Assembly: GCA_964502815.1 (NCBI GenBank)
Contig: CAZCXV010000001.1
Span: 71,907 to 135,906, forward strand
Direction of reading: 5' to 3'
DNA: 64,000 bases
DNA from: an uncultured Gammaproteobacteria bacterium
GTDB taxonomy: Bacteria; Patescibacteriota; Microgenomatia; UBA8517
Shown here: positions 38,540-48,438 of the stretch, piece by piece
Layout: every line of letters starts with the position of its first letter
Numbering within the stretch: position 1 is the first letter of the stretch
Made by a program: the position numbers and the translations under genes
The notes under the pieces: generated by a model
What the model saw: the letters and a program-made list of their open reading frames with translations, nothing else
What the model was told of the DNA's origin: nothing
The model's database searches: none

Positions 38540-39223
38540 TTATTTGTCCATCTCCTTGGCGTAATCTGGGGAATAAATTTCAATTTCACCTTGATAGCTA
38601 CCTTCCTTAATAATTTGCACTAACTTACTTGCCACCCATTGGGGAGTTAAGTAAGCCTTACCTTGCAGACTCTCCTTTTCTTTTTGGCTTAAAGTCATTG
38701 GGCCAAATTCTGTCAACACACTACCAAGAGTTATCAAAACAACATGGATATTTGTCCCATCAAACTCTTTTGCTAAAGTTAAAGACATTCCCCGAAGGCC
38801 AAATTTAGATGTACAGTAAGGTAGTCTATCTGCAACTGCAGTTACACCCATACCTGAGCCAAGATTAACCACAACAGCTTCCTTCGACTTAGTTAGTCCT
38901 GGAAGTAAATACTTAGTTGTCAAAAATGGCGCTGTTAAATTAAGTTTTAGCGATATATTCCAATCTTCCAAATTAGTATCCTCTATCGTTTTATATATTC
39001 CAACACCAGCAGCATTAATCAAGCCATCTATGATTGGATACTTAGTTAAGATTTGTTCACAAACTTGAGCAATTTGGCTCGGGTCAGTTAAATCACACTT
39101 AAACTCTGAACTCCTAGATATGGGGATTATAAAGGCACCCTCTTGTTGTAAAACCTTGGCAATTTCACTACCTATTCCTCCAGTCGCCCCCGCCAAAACT
39201 ATTTTCTTGCCTTTAAGGTCCAT
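38540..39223 (-). CDS. Short-chain dehydrogenase/reductase (SDR)
   Basis: GATGGIG, NAAG, catalytic YCTSK. Confidence 0.9.
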   Translation of the reverse strand: MDLKGKKIVLAGATGGIGSEIAKVLQQEGAFIIPISRSSEFKCDLTDPSQIAQVCEQILTKYPIIDGLINAAGVGIYKTIEDTNLEDWNISLKLNLTAPFLTTKYLLPGLTKSKEAVVVNLGSGMGVTAVADRLPYCTSKFGLRGMSLTLAKEFDGTNIHVVLITLGSVLTEFGPMTLSQKEKESLQGKAYLTPQWVASKLVQIIKEGSYQGEIEIYSPDYAKEMDK

Positions 39224-39226
39224 AAA

Positions 39227-40132
39227 TTATTCTCCCCCAATATTATTAGTATAATACTTAAAATAGGCTAGAGGAAAATGCCAAGCAGAGAGAACTGACC
39301 ACAAAAATCCTCTTATGCCATCCTTAAAGCCTGCATGCCTTATATAAAGACTTAAAAAAGTGGTTGTTGACTTTATTAGCATAAAGAAAATTAGATTTCC
39401 TAGATTCTTTTTTAGTTTTTGCTCTTTCCACTGCAAGGCTGTAAAAGAAGTGTATCTATTCGCCCGGTCAAAATACCTTTTTAGGCTTGGTGAATCATAA
39501 TGCAGCAAGTCATGTGTCAACCAACCAACTTCTCCTTTCATCCACATTATTTGTTCATGAACTGACCTAGCTGGAAGTCCTGCCTTGCCGTTTTTAATTA
39601 GCCTAATTACAGCATCAGGGTAAACACCAGCATGAATAAGGGGCTTACCTAAAAACATGTTTCTTCTTGGCACAAAGAACGCTACTATTTCACCCGTCTT
39701 TTGTCCTAATGTTCCATATTTTTCCTCAATAACTTTTTGATGCCTCATAAAAAGCTGCCATTTCTTTTTGTTTTCTTGTTTTTTTGTCTTTATTTGCTGA
39801 TAATCCATACTGATTACCCCAAGTATCTCTTTAGCTAGTTCTGGGCTAACTACTTCATCTGCATCAAGCTGCAAGATCCATTCTCCGTTTGCCTTATCAA
39901 TGGCTATCTGCTTAGTTATATGAAAGTTTTCATGGTGTGGTTCTTCAAATACTTTAGCGCCATAAGTTTTGGCAATCTCTACTGTCTTATCTTCAGAATA
40001 TTCATTAACAACAATTAGCTCGTCAGCAATGTCTTTGACTGCCTCAAGACATCTACCAAGATTTTGCTCTTCGTTTCTAACAGCCAAAACTACCGAAAGT
40101 TTTATTTTTTTAACTTCATTGTCTTTATTCAT
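39227..40132 (-). CDS. GT2 glycosyltransferase (WaaE/KdtX-like)
   Basis: RNEE.NL..CL, LDADE, YPD...RL, VHE, L.HY. Confidence 0.88.
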   Translation of the reverse strand: MNKDNEVKKIKLSVVLAVRNEEQNLGRCLEAVKDIADELIVVNEYSEDKTVEIAKTYGAKVFEEPHHENFHITKQIAIDKANGEWILQLDADEVVSPELAKEILGVISMDYQQIKTKKQENKKKWQLFMRHQKVIEEKYGTLGQKTGEIVAFFVPRRNMFLGKPLIHAGVYPDAVIRLIKNGKAGLPARSVHEQIMWMKGEVGWLTHDLLHYDSPSLKRYFDRANRYTSFTALQWKEQKLKKNLGNLIFFMLIKSTTTFLSLYIRHAGFKDGIRGFLWSVLSAWHFPLAYFKYYTNNIGGE

Positions 40133-40137
40133 GTTTT

Positions 40138-41805
40138 TTAATTTACAACTATTTGAAAATACAAATGGCCGTTTGAGCCATAGATATTTTTAACAATATT
40201 TGCTTCATCAGGAATTTCCTCATCAGTGCCAATAATTAAACTATTTGGGTTTTCTGGACGCATTTGGTCAAAATCTATTGAAGTAAACTCATATTTGTCG
40301 AATTTTCTGACAGTTGAAAAACCATAGCCATCTCTAGATGTTAAGCTGTGATCTTTTTGAAATTTCTGGGGAGAATACTTCTGGTAAAAAAGAAAGAGGA
40401 TATATGGTTGGTCATATCTATCGGTAATCATCACTTTATTGTATTTGTCCTGATTTTTAGAAACATAATCAACTAATTCTTCCAAACCATACTGGGAAGA
40501 GAAAGTATATTCTTTGGCTAAGTGAACATAATACATATGAAGGTATCTGGCAAAACTCCATACAAGTATCAATACTAATGCAGCGTAACTTAAACTGAGA
40601 ATTTTTTTATTTTTTAGAACAACTCTCAACCATCTTCCTATACTAAAGAAACCAAAAGCACTAATAATAGTTATCGGAAGAACCATATTTTGTGACCTTA
40701 AGGCATGCGGCGACTGGAAAGTTAAAGCAGCAGCACTCGGAGCAACCAAAAACCAATAAATAACAAATAACCAGCCTTTGGTATTTTTCTTAGCACTAAT
40801 GCTTTTAACAATTGCAGTCAAACCAACTAAGATGAAAACAACTTCAACAAGATACAACTGCCCCGTTTCTGGTACTCTATTTCTCTGTATCTCATCCCCT
40901 GACAAAAACAAAAATTCACCATAATAATGTTGACTCCAATTATAGAAAAAGGCCAAGCCATAATTAACCAACTTATTGTGTGTCAATTTAGCAAATTTGC
41001 TTTGATAGCTGGTGTGTTCTCCCCGCTGTTCTTCTACTCTGGCAATGGGGCCACTATCTGCAAACAAACCAACACCACTAACTCTGGATGTAATTGCCGG
41101 TTTGGTTAAATCCAAGGCCAAAGGTAGCAAAAGAATTATTCCAACAATCACACCAATAACTAATTTCTTAATGTTTGGCCAGATATTTTTGAAGTAAATT
41201 ACAAACAGGCCCAAGCCCAAAAGAGGAACAATTATTCTGGCAGAATGATAGGTATATAAAGAGAGAACAAAGAAAAGGACCGACAGCAGCAAATATTTGA
41301 GATTTAACTTTCTAGACACTGCTTCTAAAAAGAAATACACTCCCGAGGCCATCAGAAAGCAGGCAAAGTTTACTTCCCAGCCACCTCTAGAAAAGTGAAT
41401 ATGCCAAGGAGAAATGGCCAAAAATAAAGCAGACATTAAAGCCAGATTCTCATTATCAAAAAGTCTTTTAACAAGACGGTAAAGCACAAAAACGGTCAGT
41501 ACTCCGGCAAGTGCCCCAGGTATTCTTACCGCCCAAATATTTAAGCCAAAAAGCTTCACAAATGGCATGACTACATAGAAGAAAAACCCCGGCTTGTAGT
41601 CATTAAAAGATTGGAAATGTACTGGCCAAGAGTTGCCGTGCTCATCTTTGCTAGTTTCCAAAAGCGAGTAAACATTGTAGCCAATCGCTACTTCATCGGC
41701 GTTTAAAGCAGGCAAACTGCCTAGACTATAAAACCTCAAGACAAAAGCAAGCATTAAGATACAAATTAAAAGTAGTTTTTGGTTAGCAAATATTTTTTTA
41801 AACAT
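40138..41805 (-). CDS. GT-C (GT39/ArnT-like) membrane glycosyltransferase, DE-motif paralog 1
   Basis: LNADEVAIGYNVYSLLETSKDEHG, SFNDYKP, AISPWHIHFSRGGWE, QPYI..LFY. Confidence 0.88.
   Translation of the reverse strand: MFKKIFANQKLLLICILMLAFVLRFYSLGSLPALNADEVAIGYNVYSLLETSKDEHGNSWPVHFQSFNDYKPGFFFYVVMPFVKLFGLNIWAVRIPGALAGVLTVFVLYRLVKRLFDNENLALMSALFLAISPWHIHFSRGGWEVNFACFLMASGVYFFLEAVSRKLNLKYLLLSVLFFVLSLYTYHSARIIVPLLGLGLFVIYFKNIWPNIKKLVIGVIVGIILLLPLALDLTKPAITSRVSGVGLFADSGPIARVEEQRGEHTSYQSKFAKLTHNKLVNYGLAFFYNWSQHYYGEFLFLSGDEIQRNRVPETGQLYLVEVVFILVGLTAIVKSISAKKNTKGWLFVIYWFLVAPSAAALTFQSPHALRSQNMVLPITIISAFGFFSIGRWLRVVLKNKKILSLSYAALVLILVWSFARYLHMYYVHLAKEYTFSSQYGLEELVDYVSKNQDKYNKVMITDRYDQPYILFLFYQKYSPQKFQKDHSLTSRDGYGFSTVRKFDKYEFTSIDFDQMRPENPNSLIIGTDEEIPDEANIVKNIYGSNGHLYFQIVVN
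41396..41423. repeat. 28-bp exact direct repeat shared by adjacent GT-C paralogs (second copy 43081..43108)
   Basis: tgaatatgccaaggagaaatggccaaaa occurs at both positions and encodes the LAISPWHIH motif. A 19-bp part recurs at 56484..56502. Confidence 0.7.
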
Positions 41806-41813
41806 ATCTTAAG

Positions 41814-43514
41814 TTATTCTTTCACCTCCACTATCTTGAAAGCTGTATCTTTACCATTCAAGTATTTTATCTCTTTTATAAGCTTAAACTCTGTTTGACT
41901 TACAGAGTCTGCATCTGGAATTCTAACAGTATCCCCCACTATCAGATTTCCCTTGTCACCTCTATTTACTGACCAATCAATGGCTCCAAAAACAATATTC
42001 TCAAGTTTTTCCACTTGGCCAACATCCCCTGTTTCACTTTCTATAAGCTTTGAAATTGCCTGATATTTGGCGGGATCATATTTTTGGTAGAAAAGAAAAT
42101 AAATATATGGCTGGGCATAGCTTTGTTGCACCAAAACTTTCTGGTAGTTATTTTGAATAGGTATTACTGTTTCAACAATTTGCTTGTAGCCATATTCCCA
42201 GTATTTAGAATCATGTTTTGGCAAATGGACAAAGTAGGCATCTATAAAGTAAACAAAATTGCCTACATAAAAGAATATTGCAAAAACAAAGACTAAGCTC
42301 CTAAGGACAGGTAACTTTAAGCTTTTAAGTGCATTAAAAATCCAAACCAAACCAAAGCTGTTTATTACTATCATTGGAATCAACATATTGAAAGATCTGA
42401 CTGCATGCACCTGATCCCGCGACAGGGCTGCAGACAAAGGCGCCAGAAGCATCCACAGGAGAATAAATAGTTTTTCCCGACTCATTTTCTCTCTCAAGAA
42501 AAAGATTAAGCCAGAGATCAATAAAAACATGTCGGCAATTAAAAATTCTCCCTGATTAGGTGGAGAATGTCTGGGATTTTGCCAGTCTCCATAGAAAAAT
42601 AAAAATCTGGCTGAAAAATGATTGAAATATCTTCCCAATACCCCTCTTAAAAAGTTATAGCCTTCTGAGTGAAAAAGATAATAGTCTAAACTCCCAATTT
42701 TTTCTCCTCCTTGATGCAAAAATGTCTGGATGTATTCTTGTGGTCTTGGATATGAAAAGACACTAAAAACAGCCAATCTCCCAGTCTTACCTGAAAAAAG
42801 ACTTAGAATAATTGGTAAGGAAACTAAAAATCCAATGAAAACTGGAACGAGTAAGCCTTTGGCTTTTAACTTGAACAAATCTCTCCAATACAAAAGCGTT
42901 AACACTATAATCACAATGCCAGTAGAAAGCTTTGCGCCTTGATAGGTAACAAATGTTAAGGCAAAAAAAGCTGCCGAGAGCATTAGATATTTTTGCTTGT
43001 CTAAACCGGCGAAGAAGAAATAAATACCTGCTAAAGTAAGCGTTAAAGCCAAATTTATTTCCCAAGCACCTCTGGAAAAATGAATATGCCAAGGAGAAAT
43101 GGCCAAAAGCAATCCTACCACCAATGAATAAACATTTTTAGCCTTTTGGTCTTCGTTTGCAAAAAGCTTTCTAACTATTAAATACACTAAATAGACAGCA
43201 ACAATTCCAGAAATGGCACTAGGAAGTCTAACTGCTGTTTCATTTAAGCCAAAAATAACCACAAAAGGAACAGTTGCATAAATATATAGCCCTGGCTTAT
43301 AGTCGCCAAATGACTTAAAAATAATTGGCATGAACTTTCCATATTCATCTTTGCCAGTTTTTAAAATCGAGTAAGCATTATAACCAAGAGAAGCCTCATC
43401 GGGCGTCAGATGTGGAGGAACATTTGCTAAGTTATACAATCTTAAAAAAGATGCCAATAAAATAATTACAACCAGAAGAGTTTTACTGTCCGCAAATTTC
43501 TTAAGTTTAATCAT
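41814..43514 (-). CDS. GT-C (GT39/ArnT-like) membrane glycosyltransferase, DE-motif paralog 2
   Basis: LTPDEASLGYNAYSILKTGKDEYG, SFGDYKP, AISPWHIHFSRGAWE. Confidence 0.88.
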   Translation of the reverse strand: MIKLKKFADSKTLLVVIILLASFLRLYNLANVPPHLTPDEASLGYNAYSILKTGKDEYGKFMPIIFKSFGDYKPGLYIYATVPFVVIFGLNETAVRLPSAISGIVAVYLVYLIVRKLFANEDQKAKNVYSLVVGLLLAISPWHIHFSRGAWEINLALTLTLAGIYFFFAGLDKQKYLMLSAAFFALTFVTYQGAKLSTGIVIIVLTLLYWRDLFKLKAKGLLVPVFIGFLVSLPIILSLFSGKTGRLAVFSVFSYPRPQEYIQTFLHQGGEKIGSLDYYLFHSEGYNFLRGVLGRYFNHFSARFLFFYGDWQNPRHSPPNQGEFLIADMFLLISGLIFFLREKMSREKLFILLWMLLAPLSAALSRDQVHAVRSFNMLIPMIVINSFGLVWIFNALKSLKLPVLRSLVFVFAIFFYVGNFVYFIDAYFVHLPKHDSKYWEYGYKQIVETVIPIQNNYQKVLVQQSYAQPYIYFLFYQKYDPAKYQAISKLIESETGDVGQVEKLENIVFGAIDWSVNRGDKGNLIVGDTVRIPDADSVSQTEFKLIKEIKYLNGKDTAFKIVEVKE

Positions 43515-45222
43515 ATTTGTAATTTTTTAGTATTTCAAAAGCCGGCTTGCCATTTAGAAAATTGATTGTTTTAATGTCTATCCAACTGCCCCCGATGTCA
43601 CTTCCAGGTGATGTAATTAATAAACACCTAAGGTGTTCACAGTTTACTTCAACTTTACTCTCGGTAACAAACTTTTGACCAACTTCAGAGCCGATATCCC
43701 AGTCATTTACAAAGTAAAATTTATCAAAACTATCAACCCAATACCAATTGGATTGATAGAAACGATTTAGATTCAAATCAGATCTATATTTAGCAGGATC
43801 CCAAGGCCAGTAAAAAAGAATAAATTCGTGTGGCTCACCATATTTTTTAGTAATAATTATTTTATCGTAATTTTGATAGTTCTCCTTTAAATAAGTAGTC
43901 AGTTCTTTGTATCCATACTGCCATGACCAAGAATAATCATTAGCATAGCTTGTTATGTATTTTGCAGAATAAAGACCCAGGCTAATTAGTAAAATACCTA
44001 AATAAGTAGCTGTAAAAAGTTTAACTTTCAAGTTGTTCCTTTTCACCAAAAAATCTACAATTCCAAAAAAACCAAATGCAGATAAGATCTCTGGAAGAGG
44101 TAGCAGAGCAGAAGATCTCAACACTGCATATCTTTCTTGAGTAATACTAGCTGGAATTGGAGCCAGAAGAAGCCAGATTAGAACTAAACGATAATCTTTA
44201 TTTATTCTTGCTTTCTTAAATAGAATTACTAAACCAAAATAGAAGAAAGGTAAGTTTATAAGATACAAAAGACCATGACCCGGTAAACTAAATTGATACT
44301 GTGTTCCGCCTGTCAAAAACAAAAACTGGGGCGAGAAATAATCCAGATAGTTTTTGCCAAATTCTTTTAAAAAATAGACTGGCCGGTTGTAAATTAGTTT
44401 ACTTACCTCACTCGGCAACTTTGACTGTTGTCTATTCTCGATAATTTTGGCAACTGCGCCTTCATCAATCAAAAAAACCATATTGGATCTAGCCCTAGCG
44501 GTTGGCGAGAAAAGAATAAAAGGCAGTGGAATGAAAAATAGTGCCAATAAAACAATCATTGGAAGTATACCTCTTGCCTTAGTTTTTAACTGGGATAATA
44601 TTTCTTGACGATATGTAAAGATCACAAGAAATAACAGAAGTGGAGAAAATATCCTAGTTGTATGATATGAAAAAAGTGTTAAGCCAAAGCTTAGGGCAGC
44701 CAAAAGTAAAAAGATTCTATTTTTACTTCTCTGTACAAATAAAGCTGCCGCAGTGGTCAAAAAGAAAATTGCCAAGTTTGATTGCAGGACAAATCTTGAT
44801 GTAAACAAAGTCCAGGGGTCAACTGCAACAAGCAAACTTGCGAGAAATCCATACTTTTTTTTCTTAGTTAAGCCTACTGTAAAGAAATAAGTTCCCAAGA
44901 CTGTCCCTACTCCTAAAAGCGCATGTGGGAATCTAATCCCAAACTCGTTTAGGCCAAAAACTACAATTGAGGGAATTGTTAGATATAAATTTAGAGGCAA
45001 AGGATAGTCCCCATACGCACGAAAATTAGTAATAGGTAAAGTTTGTCCCCATTCATCTTTACCCGTTTTTAAAATTGAGTAAGCATTATATCCATGGCTT
45101 ACTTCATCCCAATTCAGGCTTACCGGAAATTTTCCTAAAAAGGTGAATCTCAAGATACCGGCCAAAATAATAATTAAAACTAACAGACTATTGTTGTTAA
45201 TTAAGTTTCTTATATTTTTCAT
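43507..45222 (-). CDS. GT-C (GT39/ArnT-like) membrane glycosyltransferase, DE-motif paralog 3
   Basis: LNWDEVSHGYNAYSILKTGKDEWG, AYGDYPL, WQYGYK. Confidence 0.88.
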   Translation of the reverse strand: MKNIRNLINNNSLLVLIIILAGILRFTFLGKFPVSLNWDEVSHGYNAYSILKTGKDEWGQTLPITNFRAYGDYPLPLNLYLTIPSIVVFGLNEFGIRFPHALLGVGTVLGTYFFTVGLTKKKKYGFLASLLVAVDPWTLFTSRFVLQSNLAIFFLTTAAALFVQRSKNRIFLLLAALSFGLTLFSYHTTRIFSPLLLFLVIFTYRQEILSQLKTKARGILPMIVLLALFFIPLPFILFSPTARARSNMVFLIDEGAVAKIIENRQQSKLPSEVSKLIYNRPVYFLKEFGKNYLDYFSPQFLFLTGGTQYQFSLPGHGLLYLINLPFFYFGLVILFKKARINKDYRLVLIWLLLAPIPASITQERYAVLRSSALLPLPEILSAFGFFGIVDFLVKRNNLKVKLFTATYLGILLISLGLYSAKYITSYANDYSWSWQYGYKELTTYLKENYQNYDKIIITKKYGEPHEFILFYWPWDPAKYRSDLNLNRFYQSNWYWVDSFDKFYFVNDWDIGSEVGQKFVTESKVEVNCEHLRCLLITSPGSDIGGSWIDIKTINFLNGKPAFEILKNYKYD

Positions 45223-46828
45223 TTGTTTTAAACTTTGTATATAAAGCCAAGAAAAGTAAAATTGAGAACAGGCTTAGGTAATTACCAATTTTTCTGTATA
45301 GCGTATCTTCAAATTTTAAAACAATCTCACCTTCTGTTTCTTCGATTTCAATCAATCCATCCCTTGCTGGAGTCGTTTTAAGTTTTTTGCCATTTGAATA
45401 TGCCTGCCAACCTGGAAAGTAGTTGACCGGAAATGCTATTTTTCCGTAAGAATCAGAAACATTGTAAACAATCTCGTTTGATTTTTTGTCAACCAGTGTC
45501 TGGCCGCCAAAACTCTCAGGTGCGATCTTGTTAGGTATGACCGGAGAATATATTGGCCAGTAATCGCCTACCGAAGCGTGTTTTTGTTCTTCCAAGAGTC
45601 CTCCTGATGATAAATCAGTATCTGAATAATTGTGCCAAATATCCGGCCTGAAGTAAGAGGAGTTCAAAACAAAAAGCCCAACCATAATTGCAACCAGACT
45701 TGGAATTGTAAGTTTTCTTGGCAGTACTTTTATAAATACGCCTGATGCTAAACTCAAAGCAAAAACTAAGATACCCAAGAATCGCCATGGGAACTGAATA
45801 AAAGACATTTGGTAGATATAGTCCCAAACGACAATAGATCTATTGTTAATTAGAAAGACAATTACAATACTTATTAGTATTAAAACAACAAAATCTTTGT
45901 ATTCCCAGAGCTTTCTTTTGAAGAATAAGACTATTCCAGTTGCAGCTGGAATAAGCCACTGGAAAAAGCCGATTGAAATATTTAGGTCATCATCTGATCC
46001 AAATAAAGAAGCGCCATAACCCCAATTAACTGAAAAAAGAAGCTGTTTTATGCCTGCAAAATGACCTCTAAAGTTAAAATAGCCTTTAATGGTGTTATCA
46101 AGCGAAACATATTTTGACTCAAAGACAATCGGTAAAACGTAAAAACTCACTATTCCAAGAGACAGTAATCCCGCCAAAAAAATTGCACCTACAGTCTTGA
46201 TCTTTCTATATATAACCAATCTGTAAATCATCCAAATTGTCAAGAAAGGCATAAATAAAACAAATGAGAGATTGTGGTTAAGTATTAGAAATGCCAAAAA
46301 CAAACTAAACAACATTAGATCACTTTTCTTCTTCGCCTTTAGATATTTTTCCAAAAACAAAATAATCAATGGATAGAAAACAAAGCTCAGACTTTCTGGA
46401 AGCGCTCCTCTGACCCAAACATCAACTGCTCTATAGGGCGCATAAAGATATATAGCAGCACTTAAGAATGCCGAATATTTACTACCCCACATTTCACGAG
46501 CCAAAAAATACATCGCTACAGCAGAACCTATTAAAGAAAAAATAAAGAGAAGCTTAAGACTATCAACCAAGGAAAAGCCCAATAAGTGAAAAATTTCCCC
46601 GAAAGCATATGACAATTGACCATAGAAGACAAACAGTGGTTCGCCGTAACCCAGACCTACATCAGGTGACCAACGGCAAGGCAGTTGTAAGTCCTTGACA
46701 CATTTATCAAACTCAAAAAGCCTAAAAAAGTGAAAGTCTTGCATGGAAAATATGCCTGGCTTAAGCATTAAGTAAAACGTTGGAATAGACAAAAGAATAA
46801 TTAGTCCAAAAAATAAAAACTTTTTCAT
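45197..46828 (-). CDS. Multi-pass membrane protein of the 'PTPS-related'/YfhO-like GT-C group
   Basis: RWSPD...GYGEPLF.FY, APYR......RGA..E, QFPWRFL, YFPGW.A. Confidence 0.8.
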   Translation of the reverse strand: MKKFLFFGLIILLSIPTFYLMLKPGIFSMQDFHFFRLFEFDKCVKDLQLPCRWSPDVGLGYGEPLFVFYGQLSYAFGEIFHLLGFSLVDSLKLLFIFSLIGSAVAMYFLAREMWGSKYSAFLSAAIYLYAPYRAVDVWVRGALPESLSFVFYPLIILFLEKYLKAKKKSDLMLFSLFLAFLILNHNLSFVLFMPFLTIWMIYRLVIYRKIKTVGAIFLAGLLSLGIVSFYVLPIVFESKYVSLDNTIKGYFNFRGHFAGIKQLLFSVNWGYGASLFGSDDDLNISIGFFQWLIPAATGIVLFFKRKLWEYKDFVVLILISIVIVFLINNRSIVVWDYIYQMSFIQFPWRFLGILVFALSLASGVFIKVLPRKLTIPSLVAIMVGLFVLNSSYFRPDIWHNYSDTDLSSGGLLEEQKHASVGDYWPIYSPVIPNKIAPESFGGQTLVDKKSNEIVYNVSDSYGKIAFPVNYFPGWQAYSNGKKLKTTPARDGLIEIEETEGEIVLKFEDTLYRKIGNYLSLFSILLFLALYTKFKTNEKYKKLN

Positions 46829-48438
46829 TTTGAAACTATGACAACGGCTGGATCACCATTTGGATAATTAATTGTCTCTAGCGTGGTCACTGTCATACCT
46901 TGAAAATCATCTATCTTGCCAATCAAGTAGGTATCTTCAGCCAAGTCGTCGCCTTCAATATCTTTAAAGGTGTACTTGCCAAGTTTATATTCAGGCATTT
47001 GATCTACCCAATTAACGTCGCTTTCTTTATACCTCCAATCTTTGGAATAGTTTTGATAAACAGCTGGATCAATTCTTTGTGCAAAAGCTGTATATATGTG
47101 CGGCTCGGACAAAGATTTATCAACAATTACCTTATTGCCGTCATTTGGCAGTTTTTCCAGAGCTTCGAGTCGGCCATACAACATAGCTTTTGCAGTTTTA
47201 TGTTGTGATTCAATAAAGTAATCTTCCAAGAAGAATACAACAGAAATAAACATTACTAAGCTAAAGACATAGATTACTAACTTATATTTCTTGAGGAAAG
47301 TGAAAAAATAATAAGCTCCGACTCCCAATAAAATCTCAATAGACGGCATCATAATTGCTGCTCTATTGGCAGAATAGCCCACGCCAGTTGCCAATGAAGT
47401 TGGTATCACAGAGAGAAGCATCCAGAGAACAAGAAATACCAACCACTTTCTTGCGCTTTTGTTGTCATCTTTGGAAAATGCCTTCCCTAAAAACAAAACA
47501 AAGAGAATACTAAACCAATACAACACACCCCTACCTGGAATCATGCCATATGTGGCTTCGTTTGGACCATTAGCAAATAGAAATTGGGGGGATAAATAAG
47601 TGACATAGTTGCCAGCAAACCTTTCCACAAAAACCAAGTATTTATTGTGAAAAATCCTCGACAGTGCATAAACTTGTGTTCCATACAAACTCTTTCTTTG
47701 GTTAAAAGCTTCTTCCAAAGCACCTTGCGTAATGCTTCTTTCAGCAACCCTTGCCCCAGCACCTGCAAAAAAAGTATAAACAGTGAGTAGTATAAAGCCA
47801 GAAAAGGCAATTATTGCAACAAGTATGTCTTTGTTTGGTTTTATTAGATAACCTTTCAATTCTTGCCATTGAAGTACTACCAAAGTTAAAAGAATAAAAG
47901 GTGTAACAACTTTTGCCGAGTGGTAGCTAAACAAATTCAAACCCATAATAATAGCAGCAAGGCTAAATTTCTTGTTTAAGAAAAAAAGTACCCCAAGCGG
48001 CAGAAAGAAGGTTGTTAAATTTGCTTCAAATGCCCCTCTTGAGAGCATGATATGCCATGGAGAAATGGCTAACATTAGGCTTGCAAAAAGAGCGACACCT
48101 TCTTTTTTGAAGAGTTTTTTAGATAGTAAATAGACAACTACTACTGCAAATGATCCCAAAAGTGCATTTGGCAGCCTAACTGCAAATTTAGTCAAGCCAA
48201 AAAGAAAAATAAAAGGAACTGTCAAATAGGTATATAAAGGTGATTTATAGTCTCCGAAAGATTCAAAAACCAAAGGCCAAGATTTTCCCCATTGATCTTT
48301 GCCTGTTTTCAAAAGTGAATAGGCATCGTAGCCAAAAGAAGCCTCGTCAGGTGTAAAGCCAGTTGGGTGAGTTGTCAAGCCAATAATCCTTGCCACCAAG
48401 CCAACTATACATATGCCAATCAAAAGCCACTTGTGCAT
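46825..48438 (-). CDS. GT-C (GT39/ArnT-like) membrane glycosyltransferase, DE-motif paralog 4
   Basis: FTPDEASFGYDAYSLLKTGKDQWG, SFGDYKS, AISPWHIMLSRGAFE. Confidence 0.88.
   Translation of the reverse strand: MHKWLLIGICIVGLVARIIGLTTHPTGFTPDEASFGYDAYSLLKTGKDQWGKSWPLVFESFGDYKSPLYTYLTVPFIFLFGLTKFAVRLPNALLGSFAVVVVYLLSKKLFKKEGVALFASLMLAISPWHIMLSRGAFEANLTTFFLPLGVLFFLNKKFSLAAIIMGLNLFSYHSAKVVTPFILLTLVVLQWQELKGYLIKPNKDILVAIIAFSGFILLTVYTFFAGAGARVAERSITQGALEEAFNQRKSLYGTQVYALSRIFHNKYLVFVERFAGNYVTYLSPQFLFANGPNEATYGMIPGRGVLYWFSILFVLFLGKAFSKDDNKSARKWLVFLVLWMLLSVIPTSLATGVGYSANRAAIMMPSIEILLGVGAYYFFTFLKKYKLVIYVFSLVMFISVVFFLEDYFIESQHKTAKAMLYGRLEALEKLPNDGNKVIVDKSLSEPHIYTAFAQRIDPAVYQNYSKDWRYKESDVNWVDQMPEYKLGKYTFKDIEGDDLAEDTYLIGKIDDFQGMTVTTLETINYPNGDPAVVIVSK

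Noticed and set aside
45197-46828. 6-pyruvoyl-tetrahydropterin synthase activity
   Set aside because: The 'PTPS-related' label belongs to a multi-TM membrane family. No T-fold PTPS motifs are seen, and the context is glycosylation.
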